Part shown: positions 41,521 through 51,593 of the stretch, one piece after another
Layout of the letters: every line of letters starts with the position of its first letter
Position numbering within the stretch: the first letter of the stretch is position 1
Assembly: GCA_027031495.1 (NCBI GenBank)
Contig: JALVQA010000006.1
Coordinates: forward strand, 81,535 to 145,534
Length of the DNA stretch: 64,000 nt
Source: Candidatus Moraniibacteriota bacterium
GTDB lineage: Bacteria > Patescibacteriota > Minisyncoccia > Moranbacterales > GCA-2747515
Direction of reading: 5' to 3'
Translations under genes and position numbers: made by a program
Notes under the pieces: model-generated
Told to the model about the DNA's origin: nothing
What the model saw: only the letters and a program-made list of their open reading frames with translations
The model's database searches: none

Positions 41521-42165
41521 ATGCATATTCATTGCCCGCACTGCGGTTTTGATGGCGAGATGCCACAGGATCGCACCAAAAAAGCAACGATTGCAACAGC
41601 TGTTGCAATTGCTAGTTTGATCGCGTTTTTTGCGATTATGCTAACAGATAACATATCGGAGCACTTTGCATTCTTTGCATCGCTCCCATTTGTTTTCGGA
41701 ATCGCTATCGGTATAGCGGCAAACCTGTCACATTGCCCAAAATGCGGACACAAAAATATTGTCACAGACAAAAACAAAGATGCTGCAACGAACTCCGAAA
41801 ATAGCAATAAAAAGATAAAAGACTTCAAAGAGCTGGAATGCCAACTTAACAAGGCAATAAGCGATGGTGACAACCATAAAATGGCAACAATTTACCATCG
41901 TATGGCGTGGGTGCTTGTTGATGAGGGGAGTGATGGCTCAGACTTTATGCGAGAGTCAAACCGTGCGCAACTGCGCCACATCGCAGAGTCTGGCGCAACA
42001 CGCGCTGATATTATTGCAACAGGATGCTGCGCGGCCTGTAAAGCAATTCATCATAAAACAGTTTCCATAAGAAAAGAAATTAAAGACCCGCAATTGCCGC
42101 AAAAAAACTGCACAAAGAAGTTGTGTATTTGTGACTATGCTGTAAACATTGACAGCGTGAAGTAA
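41521..42165 (+). CDS. Plus-strand accessory (moron) gene: membrane protein with two zinc-ribbon CxxC pairs flanking TM helices and a Cys-rich soluble C-terminal domain
   Basis: Own TATAAT (41492-41497) and SD GGAGGTGAT-ATG; CPHCG...TM...CPKCG; opposite strand to all phage genes; strong terminator downstream. Confidence 0.55.
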   Translation: MHIHCPHCGFDGEMPQDRTKKATIATAVAIASLIAFFAIMLTDNISEHFAFFASLPFVFGIAIGIAANLSHCPKCGHKNIVTDKNKDAATNSENSNKKIKDFKELECQLNKAISDGDNHKMATIYHRMAWVLVDEGSDGSDFMRESNRAQLRHIAESGATRADIIATGCCAACKAIHHKTVSIRKEIKDPQLPQKNCTKKLCICDYAVNIDSVK

Positions 42166-42170
42166 AATAG

Positions 42171-42242
42171 AAAAACACCGCCAGTGGCGCACAGGAGAGG
42201 AGGTGAGAAAAACTCCCATGCGCAGCAGGCGGTGTTTTTGTG
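42171..42242. terminator. Large bidirectional terminator hairpin (ACACCGCC...GGCGGTGT + T5) between moron and major tail gene
   Basis: 8-bp outer stem, inner pairing, A/T tracts both sides. Confidence 0.6.
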
Positions 42243-42247
42243 TTCGT

Positions 42248-43216
42248 CTAGTACGACGCCTTCTCGTTCGTGAGAATCGCCTTTGCAATCATCGCGTCGG
42301 AGAGTGAGTAGAACGCGCGGAACCGGATGGTCTGCAGGATGTCATCGCCAAGTCCACCGGACGGTGACCACTCATCAAACTGCACCTTCGGCAAGTCTAT
42401 CTGGATGGTCGGGTTGGAACTGTTGCCGATTGTGTCCGTGTGCGTCGCTTTGACACGCAGTGCTTTGCTGGTCCCACCTTCGTAGATCTGCTTCATCGTC
42501 GCGTCGTCAAAGTATGCCTCAATGTTTCCTTCCACGACAAAGTCACGGTTGCGAATATCGGACGGCTCGCTGTTGCCACAGACATAGCGCGGCTCTACAT
42601 TTTTATCAATGCTAATCTCAAACGAGCGAATCTCCATCGTCGTTGGCGATGAGTCAAGTCCTGCGAGAGTGCTTGCGTAGCTGAATGCCGCCATTTTTGA
42701 AAAAAAGCGTCGCTCGGATGAGTAGCTCACTGTGTCACTTGCCGCCGCACCTTTCTTGGCCAAGAACGACGCCGTAAACACCGCATCCTGTCCTGCCTCA
42801 CACGAGAGCTTCAGCGACTGCAGCATCCCAAGCGCATGCTTGAGCTGTTGCACATCGTTCTTGATGTTCAGCGTGAACGACGGGTGCGTGTTGTCGTTCT
42901 GCATCGTGAATGTGTGCTCATACACGGCCGTCTCACCACTCTTGGTAGTACTGGAAACGGACCCGAGTGCCGCCAGGAGCAAATACCCGATGGACTCGTC
43001 CATCACATTACCCTTGATCTCACCCTCAGCCCACTCCTTTGTCACCGTGCGGTCGGTCGCGTTCGCGATGACACCATAGCCCGCGTCGTCTGCCATCCCA
43101 TCCACCTTGTTGATGACGAATGGCGGCTCCGTGAGCGGAATCCACACAGCCGGTGCTACAGCCGTACCGCGCGCGCTCTCCTTCCCGATACCAAATGAAT
43201 ACTTTCTTCCTTGCAT
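42248..43216 (-). CDS. Major tail (tube) protein, by size and position
   Basis: 322 aa, downstream of head-tail joining genes, upstream of chaperone/TMP. Confidence 0.5.
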   Translation of the reverse strand: MQGRKYSFGIGKESARGTAVAPAVWIPLTEPPFVINKVDGMADDAGYGVIANATDRTVTKEWAEGEIKGNVMDESIGYLLLAALGSVSSTTKSGETAVYEHTFTMQNDNTHPSFTLNIKNDVQQLKHALGMLQSLKLSCEAGQDAVFTASFLAKKGAAASDTVSYSSERRFFSKMAAFSYASTLAGLDSSPTTMEIRSFEISIDKNVEPRYVCGNSEPSDIRNRDFVVEGNIEAYFDDATMKQIYEGGTSKALRVKATHTDTIGNSSNPTIQIDLPKVQFDEWSPSGGLGDDILQTIRFRAFYSLSDAMIAKAILTNEKASY

Positions 43217-43387
43217 AGTTTTGCTACTTATGTTTGATTACCTTTGCTTTCTTGGCCGCTTGCTCGGCGTCCTGCGCTTGCACAACGCTCTGCGTCTCCG
43301 GCATAAAGAACGCTTTGTTTTTGATTTCCCCATCCTTCTGCGGCGTCACCGCCTTGTTCTGTGATTGTTTCTTCATAGATTTGTACT

Positions 43388-43807
43388 TTATTGTTTATCT
43401 ACTTCACATGATAACTTCAGCGAGCCGTACTTCACCCAGCCACTCTCCTCCGGGTACTCACCCCACTCACCTGGCGCCGGACGGCAAACATGTGCTGCTC
43501 CGCTGAGCGTGTAGTCGTCGCGGAGGTCCTTCTCCAACTGGTCCAGTACTGCCTCCACGATCTCTATCGCGCGCTCCTCGCCGACCTGCTCCATCTCCTG
43601 ATGAACCACGATGTCAAACACATAGGTTGCACGATTGTCATTGAGTGTAAGGTAGTCCTCCTCACGTGATGACGGCTCTACAGTTGCGTACGGATACCCG
43701 GACGGCTTTACGCTGTGCGACTTATACGCTGCCGCCAACACCTGCCCGCTACCGGTGCGCGCATCCAGTTTTGTCTTGATTGCATTGTGCAGTGTTGACC
43801 AACTCAT
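43388..43807 (-). CDS. Tail terminator/completion protein-like (by position)
   Basis: 139 aa in head-tail joining cluster. Confidence 0.35.
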   Translation of the reverse strand: MSWSTLHNAIKTKLDARTGSGQVLAAAYKSHSVKPSGYPYATVEPSSREEDYLTLNDNRATYVFDIVVHQEMEQVGEERAIEIVEAVLDQLEKDLRDDYTLSGAAHVCRPAPGEWGEYPEESGWVKYGSLKLSCEVDKQ

Positions 43808-44112
43808 AGTGTTTTCTTTACGAGAAGTATGTGTGTATAATCTGCGCCGCCGAGTGTATCGCTGCGCACACCTTTGACTGTGTAGTCTACACCATCAACT
43901 GTCACGCGGTCGGTTGTGCGCACATCCACACCGGCTGCCGCGTACATCTCCCACAGCTCACCATACTGCAGTCCATTGATTTGTGTGAGATGCGCACCGG
44001 CTTGTCGCAGCATACACGCGCCGTCCACGCTCACGCTTTGGTACGATGACTTATCCCCGGACTGCGTGAGACGCTTGACTGTAAATGTTTTGTCAAAAAA
44101 CGGCGACATCAT
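43804..44112 (-). CDS. Head-tail joining protein (head closure-like by position)
   Basis: 102 aa, overlapping start/stop with neighbours. Confidence 0.35.
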   Translation of the reverse strand: MMSPFFDKTFTVKRLTQSGDKSSYQSVSVDGACMLRQAGAHLTQINGLQYGELWEMYAAAGVDVRTTDRVTVDGVDYTVKGVRSDTLGGADYTHILLVKKTL

Positions 44113-44651
44113 ACGTTGATACTCTTATACCTGCCAATCACCGCGCGCTGCGCAGCCGTGAGCTCCTTGGACCAGTCTATGCGTGCCGCACCGATGCTCT
44201 CACTCTTCACGCCGTATGACTTCCGCCTGCGGTACTCCTCCGATGCCATCTGGTATGCCAGTTGCTCCAGGTTGCTCGGCACGGTAGCATATCCGCCAGT
44301 GTATTTCACGCGCAGCCCCTGCGTGCCACCAGGAAAGCCGGAGACGTGTGTGATGATACCGGCGGCCGTGTCAATGTGGTAGTCGTCACGGTCCACAGCC
44401 GTCCACGCCGGTGAACTCTCAGAACCTGCATTGTACTCCAGTGCGGATACTGAGCTGATCGGGAAATTGTGCAGGCGAATCAGCTTGCTGCCGCCATCAA
44501 AGTACTCCGTATCGGTCGTTTGCTCTATACCACGATTGCATAGCGCCTCAATCTCGCTGCTCACATACGTCAAAAGGTCCGTCAGGAGCGTGTCCTGCGA
44601 TGTGTCTGTGATTCCGATGTAGCGCTTGAGCGCTGTTACTGATCCAATCAT
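44109..44651 (-). CDS. Phage gp6-like head-tail connector protein
   Basis: N-terminal LKRYIGITDTSQDTLLTDLLTYVSSEIEALCNRGI typical of gp6-like connector/DNA-packaging proteins. Confidence 0.55.
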   Translation of the reverse strand: MIGSVTALKRYIGITDTSQDTLLTDLLTYVSSEIEALCNRGIEQTTDTEYFDGGSKLIRLHNFPISSVSALEYNAGSESSPAWTAVDRDDYHIDTAAGIITHVSGFPGGTQGLRVKYTGGYATVPSNLEQLAYQMASEEYRRRKSYGVKSESIGAARIDWSKELTAAQRAVIGRYKSINV

Positions 44652-45100
44652 GATAGTGCGTCGTCAATATGTTTCTCAAAAATGCGTACAACATCGCGCC
44701 GGTGATGCTCAAACGCTTTGCGCATCCACGGCTGCGCGCGTGTCCCCTTGCGTTTGATGTGTCGCGCCAACACGAACGGCGTCATCCCGTGTTCGCGTGC
44801 CCACCGCGCAAAGTCACTGCTCTCATCCTTCCAGATGCGCGCCGGGACTGCGTGTGGTGCCGTGCCTTCGTGAACCGCGACGGCGTAGTTGAGGTTGTTG
44901 TACACCACGCCACGATAGCCGTGCACGCGCCACGATGTCGCCTTGCGCAGGTCACCACGCCACGCCGGTGTCTTGTCATGGGACCGGCGCCACAGCAGTA
45001 GGATACTCTTGCGCACCGCGCGCTTCACAGCGAGCGGCTCATTGTGGAGAACTTGTTTCAGGCGCTCTTTGAGGTCGCCTTCCAGTCGGAATGTAATCAT
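44648..45100 (-). CDS. Head-tail adaptor-like protein (HK97 gp10-like by position)
   Basis: 150 aa after MCP cluster. Confidence 0.35.
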   Translation of the reverse strand: MITFRLEGDLKERLKQVLHNEPLAVKRAVRKSILLLWRRSHDKTPAWRGDLRKATSWRVHGYRGVVYNNLNYAVAVHEGTAPHAVPARIWKDESSDFARWAREHGMTPFVLARHIKRKGTRAQPWMRKAFEHHRRDVVRIFEKHIDDALS

Positions 45101-45148
45101 ATGGTATGCCGCTCATCCCTCCCCCGCATACGGGAGAGAGGGAGCATC

Positions 45149-45331
45149 CTACGCTTTCTTGGCGACACCTGCCTTGATATAGGCGTCCGCCTGCTTCTGT
45201 GGGAAGCCGGCAATGTCACCTGCGACATATGGTGCGGCGCCCTTGGTGAATTTCACCTTCACCACATCGCGCTTGACCTTCTTAGCGTCTGCCTGCTTCT
45301 TAGCATCTGCTTGTGTGTTACTTGCAGCCAT
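45149..45331 (-). CDS. Small K/A-rich phage protein
   Basis: 60 aa between MCP and connector genes. Confidence 0.3.
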   Translation of the reverse strand: MAASNTQADAKKQADAKKVKRDVVKVKFTKGAAPYVAGDIAGFPQKQADAYIKAGVAKKA

Positions 45332-45361
45332 AGTTTTTACTCTTAGCGAATTATGTCGTGA

Positions 45362-46447
45362 CTATTTGACGCCTGTGAGCTTGCGCCATGCGTCCTCCAG
45401 TGCCACATTGCCATCCACTGCTTGGTACACGAGAATCTCCGTCTGCATATTGGACAGAATCTCGTCGGTCTTCATCTCCAGGTTCTGACCATCCTTGATC
45501 CAGTAGTAGAATGGGTCGCCGATGTACATCTCCGTCTCATTGCTTCCGGTACCGAGGTTCTCAGGGATGTTGCCAGTCTCCAGCAGCTCCTTACCGAACA
45601 AACGGTCAAGCGGCTGTCCTGCCGGGAACAGCGGACGGCTGTTGCTGTCCTCCAGTGACACCGTCTTCTTCACCGCACCGGTAGAACCGATGAATACAGC
45701 GTTCTTGCGATACTGCACCGGCAACTCAAAGTACAGATCTACGAGATCAGAGTACGCGAGTGCTGCACCGCTCTGTGCGATAGAACTGATTGACGCGCTG
45801 CGCAGACCGGTTGGCTGAGCGCTGCCGGAACCGGCAATGAACGCCTCCTCCTCTTTCTGCGCCAGTGCGCGACCGGCGATTGCGGAGATGTAGTTCACGA
45901 TGCCAACAGCAGATGTGTCCATCAACTTCCACGGTGCCAAAACACGCGCAGCGAGGTAGTGATCGTCCAGCGTCAAGCTACCGGTCGTTGGTGCGGACTC
46001 TGTGACACTTGCGTTCTCAGCTACCCAGTATGCAGTGACAGACACCGACTCCTTCGGCAACTGGAACTTCCCGGAGAACGAGAAGCTGAATGCGCGTCCG
46101 CGCAATACGCTCTCCGCATCCTTCTTCTCCAGGATCTTATCAGCAAGCGTCGTCGGAACCGTGCTCCCAAACGAACCGCTACCAGTGTCAATCGCCTTCA
46201 CACCGTGCTGCTCGTGCTTGCTTGGCGGCAGAACGAGCGCCTTGATGAAGTTTGCGGCTTCCGCCACCTTCTCCTCATTGAGCGCCTCGTCATTCTTTGC
46301 CGCCATTGGCAACTTCTCTGTGTTGATGAAGCCCTTCTCATCCACAATGCCCATCTCACGCAACTCGTCAGCAGTCGCTGTTTTCACGAGCTCGCCGAGG
46401 GCAACCTTCTCACCATCCACCTCCACCAATAAGTCTTTCAACTTCAT
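45362..46447 (-). CDS. Major capsid protein, HK97 fold
   Basis: 361 aa; follows prohead protease; HK97-like segments (AWVAENASVTES..., ALAQKEEEAFIAGSGSAQPTGL). Confidence 0.8.
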   Translation of the reverse strand: MKLKDLLVEVDGEKVALGELVKTATADELREMGIVDEKGFINTEKLPMAAKNDEALNEEKVAEAANFIKALVLPPSKHEQHGVKAIDTGSGSFGSTVPTTLADKILEKKDAESVLRGRAFSFSFSGKFQLPKESVSVTAYWVAENASVTESAPTTGSLTLDDHYLAARVLAPWKLMDTSAVGIVNYISAIAGRALAQKEEEAFIAGSGSAQPTGLRSASISSIAQSGAALAYSDLVDLYFELPVQYRKNAVFIGSTGAVKKTVSLEDSNSRPLFPAGQPLDRLFGKELLETGNIPENLGTGSNETEMYIGDPFYYWIKDGQNLEMKTDEILSNMQTEILVYQAVDGNVALEDAWRKLTGVK

Positions 46448-46462
46448 AGTTTTATGCGTTAA

Positions 46463-47431
46463 CTATTTATCTTTCGCAACGTGCAGCGCAAAGTTCAGTG
46501 CTTTGGCCGCCGTTTTCATTGCTGCAACTTTTTGCGCCTCTTTCTCCGAGGACTTTTTGTCAGCGGCAGCGACTGACTGTTCCATATACCGGTGCGGCGC
46601 CTTGTGTGCGAGAATCGCATCACGCAGCTGCGCATTGCCGGCCTTCTGACTACTTCCGATGAGCTCTTGCAGCAGCGCAAGCGTCTCGGACAGAAGTGCG
46701 TCAAAATCATCTACTTCAGACGCGTCGTCAAAGTACGCGCTCCAGAATGCATCAAAAATCTCACTTGCCTCGCGGAATTTCTCCCACTTCTTCTCACGCT
46801 TGGTCCGCTCGTCAATAATCTCCTGCACATCACCCTTCGCTTCTGCCACCTTCTCTTTCTGTGTCTTCTTCTCCTGCGTGTCGCCATCATCTTTCTCGGC
46901 GCTCTTGATGCTCACCGGCTCCGTCTCCGGGTTCGCGCCCATCAGCACCGGTGACACCTCATACACATTGACCTTCTTCAGGACCGTCACACCGTCGTCG
47001 CGTACCTCCTTCTCCTCCACGGTGTACCCGAATGAGAACTCATCAATCGCGCCATCGCGCAGCAACGCGAATGTCTCACGCGCGCGCTGTACTTCCATTG
47101 TGAGCTTCATCTTGACCAGGAGGCCGTGATCGTCCTCTTTCGCTTCCACGACCTTCCCAATGATCTCCTTCCAGTCGTGCGAATACACGACCTTCGGCAA
47201 CTTGCGCTCCAGCGACTCCGCAAACGCGCCCTTCACGACGACATCACCGTATGAGTCCACCACATCAAAGACGCTCACATACGCCTCCACGATGCCCTCC
47301 GCATCACTGATGGACTTCACATCCATACTGCGCGACGCAATCGTGACTTTCACCTCTTTACCACCGACGGTGATAATTTTCGTGTGCTTCTTTTTCATAC
47401 TTTTGTCTAAACAATAAAAAAGACCCTGCAC
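46463..47431 (-). CDS. Prohead serine protease (HK97/S78-like) fused to scaffold-like C-terminal coiled coil
   Basis: EAYVSVFDVVDSYGDVVVKGAF...HDW...EVSPVLMGANPETE protease core; K/E-rich helical C-terminus. Confidence 0.7.
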   Translation of the reverse strand: MQGLFYCLDKSMKKKHTKIITVGGKEVKVTIASRSMDVKSISDAEGIVEAYVSVFDVVDSYGDVVVKGAFAESLERKLPKVVYSHDWKEIIGKVVEAKEDDHGLLVKMKLTMEVQRARETFALLRDGAIDEFSFGYTVEEKEVRDDGVTVLKKVNVYEVSPVLMGANPETEPVSIKSAEKDDGDTQEKKTQKEKVAEAKGDVQEIIDERTKREKKWEKFREASEIFDAFWSAYFDDASEVDDFDALLSETLALLQELIGSSQKAGNAQLRDAILAHKAPHRYMEQSVAAADKKSSEKEAQKVAAMKTAAKALNFALHVAKDK

Positions 47432-47493
47432 CGGGTCGCCGTGGCGAACCTGTACAGAGTCTCGTAGACTTTCACTTTGTTACTTTCAGTATA

Positions 47494-49692
47494 TCACACC
47501 TCTATTTCCGGCGCAACACTGCACTGGCAGTTGACGCTCTCGTAGATTGGCAGCGACGGGTCGCTTGGGTACATCGCGTGATGTCCACCGATGGTGAACG
47601 GCTCGTCTATCCCGACGATCTGCCCGTCCGCCTCCGCGTGTGACGCGCGTGTGTTCCGGAACACGGCCGTCCAGATGCGATGTGTCGCGCCAAGCGCTTT
47701 CATCTCTTGCCAGCGTGCAAAGTTCTGCGCGCGTCCGACCTCTGTGCGCGCGATGCGCTCGCTGCGGTAGTCTCGCGCCTCGTCAAACACACGCGCAACG
47801 CGTGCCGACAACTCATCCACCGCATCACCCTCATCAATCCCCTCCTGCAGCGCGAGCGTCAGCTCGTCGCGCGTGTGGATGTTGATCTCATTCGCGAAGC
47901 GCGGCGGGTTCTCCTCCAGGAATTGTTTGGCGGCGTCGGTCCCGAGAATGTCCACCGCCTCCTGCCTGAGAAGCCCGGCAATCGCCACGACACCGTGCTC
48001 AAAGTCTATGCCGTACTGCTCGGAGAGAATTTTCGCCAACGCGTCATTGTCACCCATCACCTCCTCTACTACGGCCGGGATAGTGGTGTCCTTGTGCGCC
48101 TTCGCGCTAAACACCTGTGCGACCTTCTCTATCACAGCACTCTGCTGCTGCGAGAAGTACGCGCGCAGTGCATCGGTGAACTGCTCCTCGCGTTTGTCCA
48201 CCGTTGCGAGATATGCCTTGCGCTCCTTCACGAGCGCCTCCGGCAGTGTTGGTTCATCCTTCGCGCTCTTCGTTGTCAGTCGCACAACTTTCTTCTCCTC
48301 CTGCTTCTTGCGCAGACGGTTCAACGCCCGACGCGCCTTGACGCGCTGTACAACATCGTGCAGTGCTTTGCGTGAATTGTGCGATCGTGCCAATATCGCA
48401 GACTTGATGCGCAGTTGCTTGCGGCTCAACCCGTCAGCAAGTTGCAGCGCCTTCGGCTGCTCACCGTCACCGACCTGCGTACCCTGCGAACGCACATAGA
48501 GAACGTCACCGCCGTCCAGCGGTGGTAGACTGTACCGTGCACGCGCCTCGTTTATCGTGAGCCACACATTGACGCCGAAGCGCGTCTCATCCAGCACCGT
48601 CTTGCGATCCTCCGTAACAGGTGACTCATAGTCTAGCCACGCAGTATCGTCAATTTGCGGCACGAGGAAAGCGTTCAACTGCGAAACGATCAGGCGCAGC
48701 ATCGGGTCCACCGTGTATTTCGCGAGCGTCTCTTCTGCAACCTTCGCGTTCGCATAGGTCGTGTCTTTGGCAAAGAACCCTTCCGGCACACCGAGAATGC
48801 TCAGGATTGCCTGCTTGCTGTTCTTGCGCGTCTCCATATATCCGGCTTCACTTGGTGACTTGCGCCCGGTCTTTCCGATTTTGACGCCACCCTCAAGAAT
48901 CGCCACTTTTCCGGCATTCGTTGGGCCGCCATAGCGCTCCTCCCATGAGTCTCGCAGGCGCTTGTATACAGCGTCAGAAAGCTCGTGTTCCGTCTCCAAC
49001 ACAACATCCGGCTCGCCGTGACGCTCCATGTAGTACTTGTTCCATATCGCGGCAGCAGCGTCCACATCCACTTCTAACGCGCTTGCGGAAAGCGAACTGT
49101 AACCGCGAATCACATCTCGCGGGTCCGGGTCGCGGATGTATACCACATCCTCCGTACTGAACCGCTCCACCTTCCCACCGGCGCGGAACTCATAGTGCGA
49201 CACGGTGCCGTCCGGCTTCTGCTTGATGCTCAACAGGTCCGGGCGCATTGGAAAGAGTCCGACAATGCGGCGACCTTTGCGAATCTTAAAAAGCGGCGCG
49301 GCGCCAAAAAGCTTCAGATATGTAACGACGAGCCCCAACATCTGCACCTTGTCCATAATCGGGTTCGGGCGCTCCAGCAGTGCGATGATTGCGTGGTCCT
49401 CCACGCGCTCCGGCGCGTCGCCTTTGAGCACATAGACATCCAGTGGTGTCGCTGACACGCGGTTAGCGATAATCTTAATGGCAAAATATACCCACCCGGC
49501 GAATGCGTTCAGCGGATCTGTTTCCGCGCTTTTTCGGCGCATAAAATATGAGCCGGTCACCGATGAGAGGAACGGGATGCCGCCGCCATATCCGATAAAT
49601 TTCAGTAGCGCGCCACGCAAGAGAGATTTGATTTTCATAGTTTCGTGATAAATACAAAAAGAGCCCTGCGCGTCCCGACATGTCAGGACCAA
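47494..49692 (-). CDS. Portal protein fused to Mu F-like/SPP1 gp7-like minor head protein domain
   Basis: 732 aa; portal-like N-terminal two thirds; C-terminal ARTEVGRAQNFARWQEM...NCQCSV characteristic of MuF-like head morphogenesis domain. Confidence 0.75.
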   Translation of the reverse strand: MVLTCRDAQGSFCIYHETMKIKSLLRGALLKFIGYGGGIPFLSSVTGSYFMRRKSAETDPLNAFAGWVYFAIKIIANRVSATPLDVYVLKGDAPERVEDHAIIALLERPNPIMDKVQMLGLVVTYLKLFGAAPLFKIRKGRRIVGLFPMRPDLLSIKQKPDGTVSHYEFRAGGKVERFSTEDVVYIRDPDPRDVIRGYSSLSASALEVDVDAAAAIWNKYYMERHGEPDVVLETEHELSDAVYKRLRDSWEERYGGPTNAGKVAILEGGVKIGKTGRKSPSEAGYMETRKNSKQAILSILGVPEGFFAKDTTYANAKVAEETLAKYTVDPMLRLIVSQLNAFLVPQIDDTAWLDYESPVTEDRKTVLDETRFGVNVWLTINEARARYSLPPLDGGDVLYVRSQGTQVGDGEQPKALQLADGLSRKQLRIKSAILARSHNSRKALHDVVQRVKARRALNRLRKKQEEKKVVRLTTKSAKDEPTLPEALVKERKAYLATVDKREEQFTDALRAYFSQQQSAVIEKVAQVFSAKAHKDTTIPAVVEEVMGDNDALAKILSEQYGIDFEHGVVAIAGLLRQEAVDILGTDAAKQFLEENPPRFANEINIHTRDELTLALQEGIDEGDAVDELSARVARVFDEARDYRSERIARTEVGRAQNFARWQEMKALGATHRIWTAVFRNTRASHAEADGQIVGIDEPFTIGGHHAMYPSDPSLPIYESVNCQCSVAPEIEV

Positions 49693-49756
49693 GCAGAGCT
49701 CGTGAGCTCATGAGGTCTGGCGGCAAGCGCTAGTCACGACTCGCCGCCACATCTCC

Positions 49757-50083
49757 TTACCTCTTTTTGTCTACCTTCACTATACCACGCTCCACAGCGT
49801 GCGGCAATATCACACCGCCCGGTGTCTTTTTCTGCGTGTGCCGGATGCGCGGCTTCGTGCCGGAGCAGAACATAAACTCCAGCAGTGCATCGTCACCGTC
49901 AATGTCTACCTTGATGCACCCGCCCATCTCGTCAACAATCTCCTGCGCTTCCTGCAGTGACTGCATAGAGATGGTGCCGGTGTCGGCGTGCTTTGCGTGA
50001 AATTCCTGCGCGATCTGCTGGATGCGTTTCGCGGCTTCCTCGCGCTGCTTTTTGGTAGCGCGCAGTGCATTTTTTCGTGTCAT
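49757..50083 (-). CDS. Phage hypothetical protein
   Basis: 108 aa between portal and TerL. Confidence 0.35.
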   Translation of the reverse strand: MTRKNALRATKKQREEAAKRIQQIAQEFHAKHADTGTISMQSLQEAQEIVDEMGGCIKVDIDGDDALLEFMFCSGTKPRIRHTQKKTPGGVILPHAVERGIVKVDKKR

Positions 50084-50295
50084 TGTTTTTTCGTTAGTGA
50101 ATGAATCATAAGGGGACGACCTTCGCTGTCGTAGACCTTGCGCGCATTCAGACCGATGCGCAATACAACAGCGTGCTCAATTGCGATGGAGACCGGTGAC
50201 CGGCAGTGCGGACAGCGTGTCTCCAGTGCCGTCGCTTCCGTTTCCTTGAATTTCGCGACCAATGCGTTGCATCGTGGACAGTTTGCAAGAATCAT
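50080..50295 (-). CDS. Small zinc-ribbon protein (CxxC...CxxC)
   Basis: CPRCNALV...CPHCRSPV. Confidence 0.4.
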   Translation of the reverse strand: MILANCPRCNALVAKFKETEATALETRCPHCRSPVSIAIEHAVVLRIGLNARKVYDSEGRPLMIHSLTKKQ

Positions 50296-50312
50296 AGTGT
50301 TTTTGCTATTTT

Positions 50313-51593
50313 TTACATCAATCTTATGCGTGGCTCAGCCGGCTGGACCCAACTCTTGCGCCCGGCGAGTGCATAGCGAATCGCATCCATTGCGTGGTTG
50401 TGCGCGTCCACCGGCGTGTTCGTTGGCTCTTTGTTACGGTCCAGCGCCCACTTGTACTCCTGCAGCTCATCCGCGATGTCGTCAGAGTCCTCTGTGTAGT
50501 ACACCTCGTGGTCGTGGATATAATCAATGCCGGTCCGGATGCTGTCATTCCCCTTCGGCGCAGCGCTAATGTCAAAGTTGTACTCCGCAATCTCCGCAAT
50601 GCTTTTCGGCTCCGATGCGTCTGCGAATATGAGACCATTCACACCGAGCTCCTCCATCCTCTTGGCGATGCGTGCGTTGGTGAGGCCCGTCTCGTAGAGC
50701 AGTTGCCGGACATAGATACGTTCGTTGTGACGCATCACTTCCACCAGCGCAGTCGGATCGTTAGAGAAGCCAAAGTCAAGTCCGTAGAACCGCTCATACT
50801 CCAGCGCCTCGTACTCAGCGACACTGATTGTCTGCCAGTCTGTGAACACGCGGCCGCGTGCACCCTCCGACACAAGCCCCTTGATCATAGAGTAGTAGTG
50901 GCTCGGGTTGCGCGTCTTGTAGCGCTCAAAGTTGTCAATAGTCTTGTCTGCGATGTTCTGGCGATTGCTCTCGTACGTTCCGTGGATGTAGATCGTGTCG
51001 CGCTTCTCGCTGTCCTTCAGGTCCGCCTTGTAGAAGCCATCAACACCGGACTTCGTAAGGTTGAACCAGCGTCTGATAATCCAGTGCTTGCGGTGCGGTG
51101 GGTTCAGAAGCAAGACGATCGTCACATCACCCTTCACTGTACGCAGCGAGTCGTCCAGTTGGATGAAGTCCTCCTCCGCGACCTCGTCCGCCTCTTCTAT
51201 GATCACACAATTGAAGTTCGCCAACGACTTGAGTTTGCTCTTTTGATCATTTGTACTGCGCCGGAAACCCTTCCCAACAATCGTGTTGCCACCGCACTGC
51301 ATCTTCATCTGATTTTCCGTCACGCTCACGCGCGCGGCAATCTCATCATCCAATTCATCGCGCCGGTCCACAGCTTCCTGCCAGATACTATGTCGGACAT
51401 CATTCAGCACAAACCGCATAATCGCGCAGCGGAAGTATGTTGCCGAGAGCAGATTGATGAGCGCATATTGACTGGCTGCGTGCGATCGCCCGGCGGACCG
51501 TCCGCCCATCATGATGATGTACCGCGGCCGCTTGCCGGATGCAGCATTCCCGACAAAGAGTGGTTTGTAGATTTTGTTCACATCAAACATCAC
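50313..51593 (-). CDS. terL: Terminase large subunit
   Basis: Walker A-like IIMMGGRSAGRSHAAS, Walker B-like FNCVIIEEADE, RNaseH-like nuclease region ADASEPKSI...DAHNHAMDAIRYAL. Confidence 0.85.
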   Translation of the reverse strand: MMFDVNKIYKPLFVGNAASGKRPRYIIMMGGRSAGRSHAASQYALINLLSATYFRCAIMRFVLNDVRHSIWQEAVDRRDELDDEIAARVSVTENQMKMQCGGNTIVGKGFRRSTNDQKSKLKSLANFNCVIIEEADEVAEEDFIQLDDSLRTVKGDVTIVLLLNPPHRKHWIIRRWFNLTKSGVDGFYKADLKDSEKRDTIYIHGTYESNRQNIADKTIDNFERYKTRNPSHYYSMIKGLVSEGARGRVFTDWQTISVAEYEALEYERFYGLDFGFSNDPTALVEVMRHNERIYVRQLLYETGLTNARIAKRMEELGVNGLIFADASEPKSIAEIAEYNFDISAAPKGNDSIRTGIDYIHDHEVYYTEDSDDIADELQEYKWALDRNKEPTNTPVDAHNHAMDAIRYALAGRKSWVQPAEPRIRLM

